The notes beneath the pieces are model-generated. The model made no database searches, was not told where the DNA came from, and saw only the letters and a program-made list of their open reading frames with translations. A program made the translations under genes and the position numbers. From NCBI GenBank assembly GCA_046045965.1, contig JBJOKS010000010.1:1-64000 (forward strand): a stretch of 64,000 bases of DNA, written 5' to 3'. This document shows, in pieces, positions 62,336 through 64,000 of the stretch (the stretch's first letter is position 1; every line of letters begins with the position of its first letter). This stretch comes from Cyanobacteriota bacterium. Lineage in GTDB: Bacteria; Cyanobacteriota; Cyanobacteriia; Cyanobacteriales; Nostocaceae.

Positions 62336-62925
62336 TGAGCAAACGCTTAATAGGTTTAACTGGTGGTATTGCTACGGGTAAAAGTACAGTGGCTAATTAT
62401 TTAGCTACTGCTTATAATTTACCGCTTTTAGATGCAGATATTTATGCCAGAGATGCAGTATCTGTAGGTTCTCCTATTCTGGCACAAATTGCCCAACGTT
62501 ACGGTAAAGAAGAAGTTTTATTAGCAGATGGTAATTTAAACCGTCTAAAATTGGGAGAAATTATTTTTAATCAACCAGAGGAACGTATTTGGGTAGAAAA
62601 TGTTATTCATCCTTATGTTAGAAAGTGCTTTTTAAAAACTATTCATGAATCATCTGCACCTATTTTAGTATTAGTTATTCCTTTGTTATTTGAAGCTGGT
62701 TTAGAAAATTTAGTGAGTGAAATTTGGGTTGTATCTTGTTCAGAAGAACAGCAAAAACAAAGATTAATTCAACGTAATAATTTAAGCGATGAACAAGCAG
62801 AAACTCGAATTAAAAGTCAGTTACCATTATCAGAAAAAATTGCCCGTGCTGATGTAGTTTTAGATAATTCCTCAACTTTAGAATCACTTTTAAAACAAGT
62901 AGATGAAGTGATAGAAAGATGTTAA
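62335..62925 (+). CDS. coaE: Dephospho-CoA kinase
   Basis: IGLTGGIATGKS, DAD, IHP, IPLLFE, RI.SQ. Confidence 0.96.
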   Translation: MSKRLIGLTGGIATGKSTVANYLATAYNLPLLDADIYARDAVSVGSPILAQIAQRYGKEEVLLADGNLNRLKLGEIIFNQPEERIWVENVIHPYVRKCFLKTIHESSAPILVLVIPLLFEAGLENLVSEIWVVSCSEEQQKQRLIQRNNLSDEQAETRIKSQLPLSEKIARADVVLDNSSTLESLLKQVDEVIERC

Positions 62926-63075
62926 TTTTTAAATCCCCCCTCACTTAAAAAAAAGAGGGAGAATGAAATATAGGACTTAAGCAAAAATATTCCCAAACTC
63001 CCTTCCTCTGCGTTCTCTGCGTCCTCTGCGGTTCGATATTCCGTAAGTAAATAGTTACCAATAATTACCCATTAT

Positions 63076-64000
63076 TTAACTTTCTCCCCCCACAACTACA
63101 TCACGAATACGCAAAGAAGGACCACCACAACCAACAGGTAAACCGTTTTGTCCACCTTTCCCACATCCACCGGATTCATCCCAGTAAAAATCATCACCTA
63201 TCGCTTCTATATCTGCGAGGGTTTGGAAAACATTACCGGAAAGGGTAACATCTTTTACAGGTTCAGCTATTTGACCATTTCTAATCATCCAAGCTTCACC
63301 GGCTGTAAAGGTGAACATTTCCCCGTTTGTCATCCCCCCTAACCAGTTACGTGCATATACTCCTTCTTTGATATCTGTGAATAAATTTGCTACTGGGGTT
63401 TTACCTCTTTCTATCCAGGTATTTGTCATGCGGACTATGGGTGAGTAGTGATAATCTAAACAACGGGCGTTACCTGTGGGCGCTTCACCTAATTTACCCG
63501 CAGTTTCACGAGAATGCAAACGTCCGACTAAAACCCCATCTTTGATTAATTGCGTAGTAGTCGCAGGTGTACCTTCATCATCGTAAAAATAACTACCTCG
63601 ATGACCTTGGGGTGCAGCACCATCAAAAATTTGCAATTCTTCTGAACCAAAGCGCCTTCCCAGGGTCATAACCTCCAGTAAATCAGGGTTTTCATAGGCC
63701 ATGTCTGCTTCGGAAAGATGGCCAAAAGCTTCATGGACAAATAAACCTGTAAGTATGGGGTCAATGACGACGGTATAAGTGTTACCTTTAACTGATGGTA
63801 AGGATAAAGCTGTTACTGCTCTTTCGGCTGCGCTTTTAACTTGAGTATCTAAATTGACTAAATCTTCAAATGCTTTCCGTGATCCTGTGGTTTCTCTGCC
63901 GGTTTGTACAGTGTCGCCATTCCTTGCTGTGGCTGCAAAACGCATTTCCATGTCTACCCAGGATTGTTCTATTAATGTTTCTTCTGAAGTAGCAATAATT
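63076..64000 (-). CDS. Second TldD family metalloprotease (5' part outside window)
   Basis: HEAFGHLSE, YDDEG, RMTNT, GCGK.GQ. Confidence 0.92.
   Translation of the reverse strand, partial: IIATSEETLIEQSWVDMEMRFAATARNGDTVQTGRETTGSRKAFEDLVNLDTQVKSAAERAVTALSLPSVKGNTYTVVIDPILTGLFVHEAFGHLSEADMAYENPDLLEVMTLGRRFGSEELQIFDGAAPQGHRGSYFYDDEGTPATTTQLIKDGVLVGRLHSRETAGKLGEAPTGNARCLDYHYSPIVRMTNTWIERGKTPVANLFTDIKEGVYARNWLGGMTNGEMFTFTAGEAWMIRNGQIAEPVKDVTLSGNVFQTLADIEAIGDDFYWDESGGCGKGGQNGLPVGCGGPSLRIRDVVVGGES

Overview
Chromosomal window from a heterocyst-forming (Nostocales-type) cyanobacterium, judged from frequent HIP1 octamers (GCGATCGC), heptameric short tandem repeats and the gene content. It is mostly housekeeping: petCA, DUF2997-ycf35-ferredoxin, mutS2, yqiJ-flotillin, plsX-fabH-fabD-plsC, pepA, purK followed by 6S RNA, rsmH, ndhH, ssb, tldD/tldE, queA, ktrAB, tocopherol genes, cobA/hemD and coaE. 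Accessory insertions include a single-polypeptide restriction-modification gene, a sulfotransferase, MITE/REP-like repeats and toxin-antitoxin remnants. The strongest candidate for an undescribed system is at about 24.75-25.43 kb. It is a cas-less CRISPR-like mini-array of two type I-D-like hairpin repeats with a compensatory stem change and a 45-nt period. Its short spacer matches positions 1-5 and 7-11 of a site just upstream of the putative promoter of a small RNase-toxin-like ORF about 330 nt downstream, which resembles a CRISPR-repressed toxin or crRNA-like regulator. Other points of note: a cobA-hemD fusion split by two in-frame stops, an unannotated 31-aa membrane peptide, a structured LexA-box-associated ssb leader, a repeat-derived in-frame insertion in MutS2, and ndhH next to an NDUFAF7/MidA-type methyltransferase. 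All calls come from reading the sequence; no database search was run.
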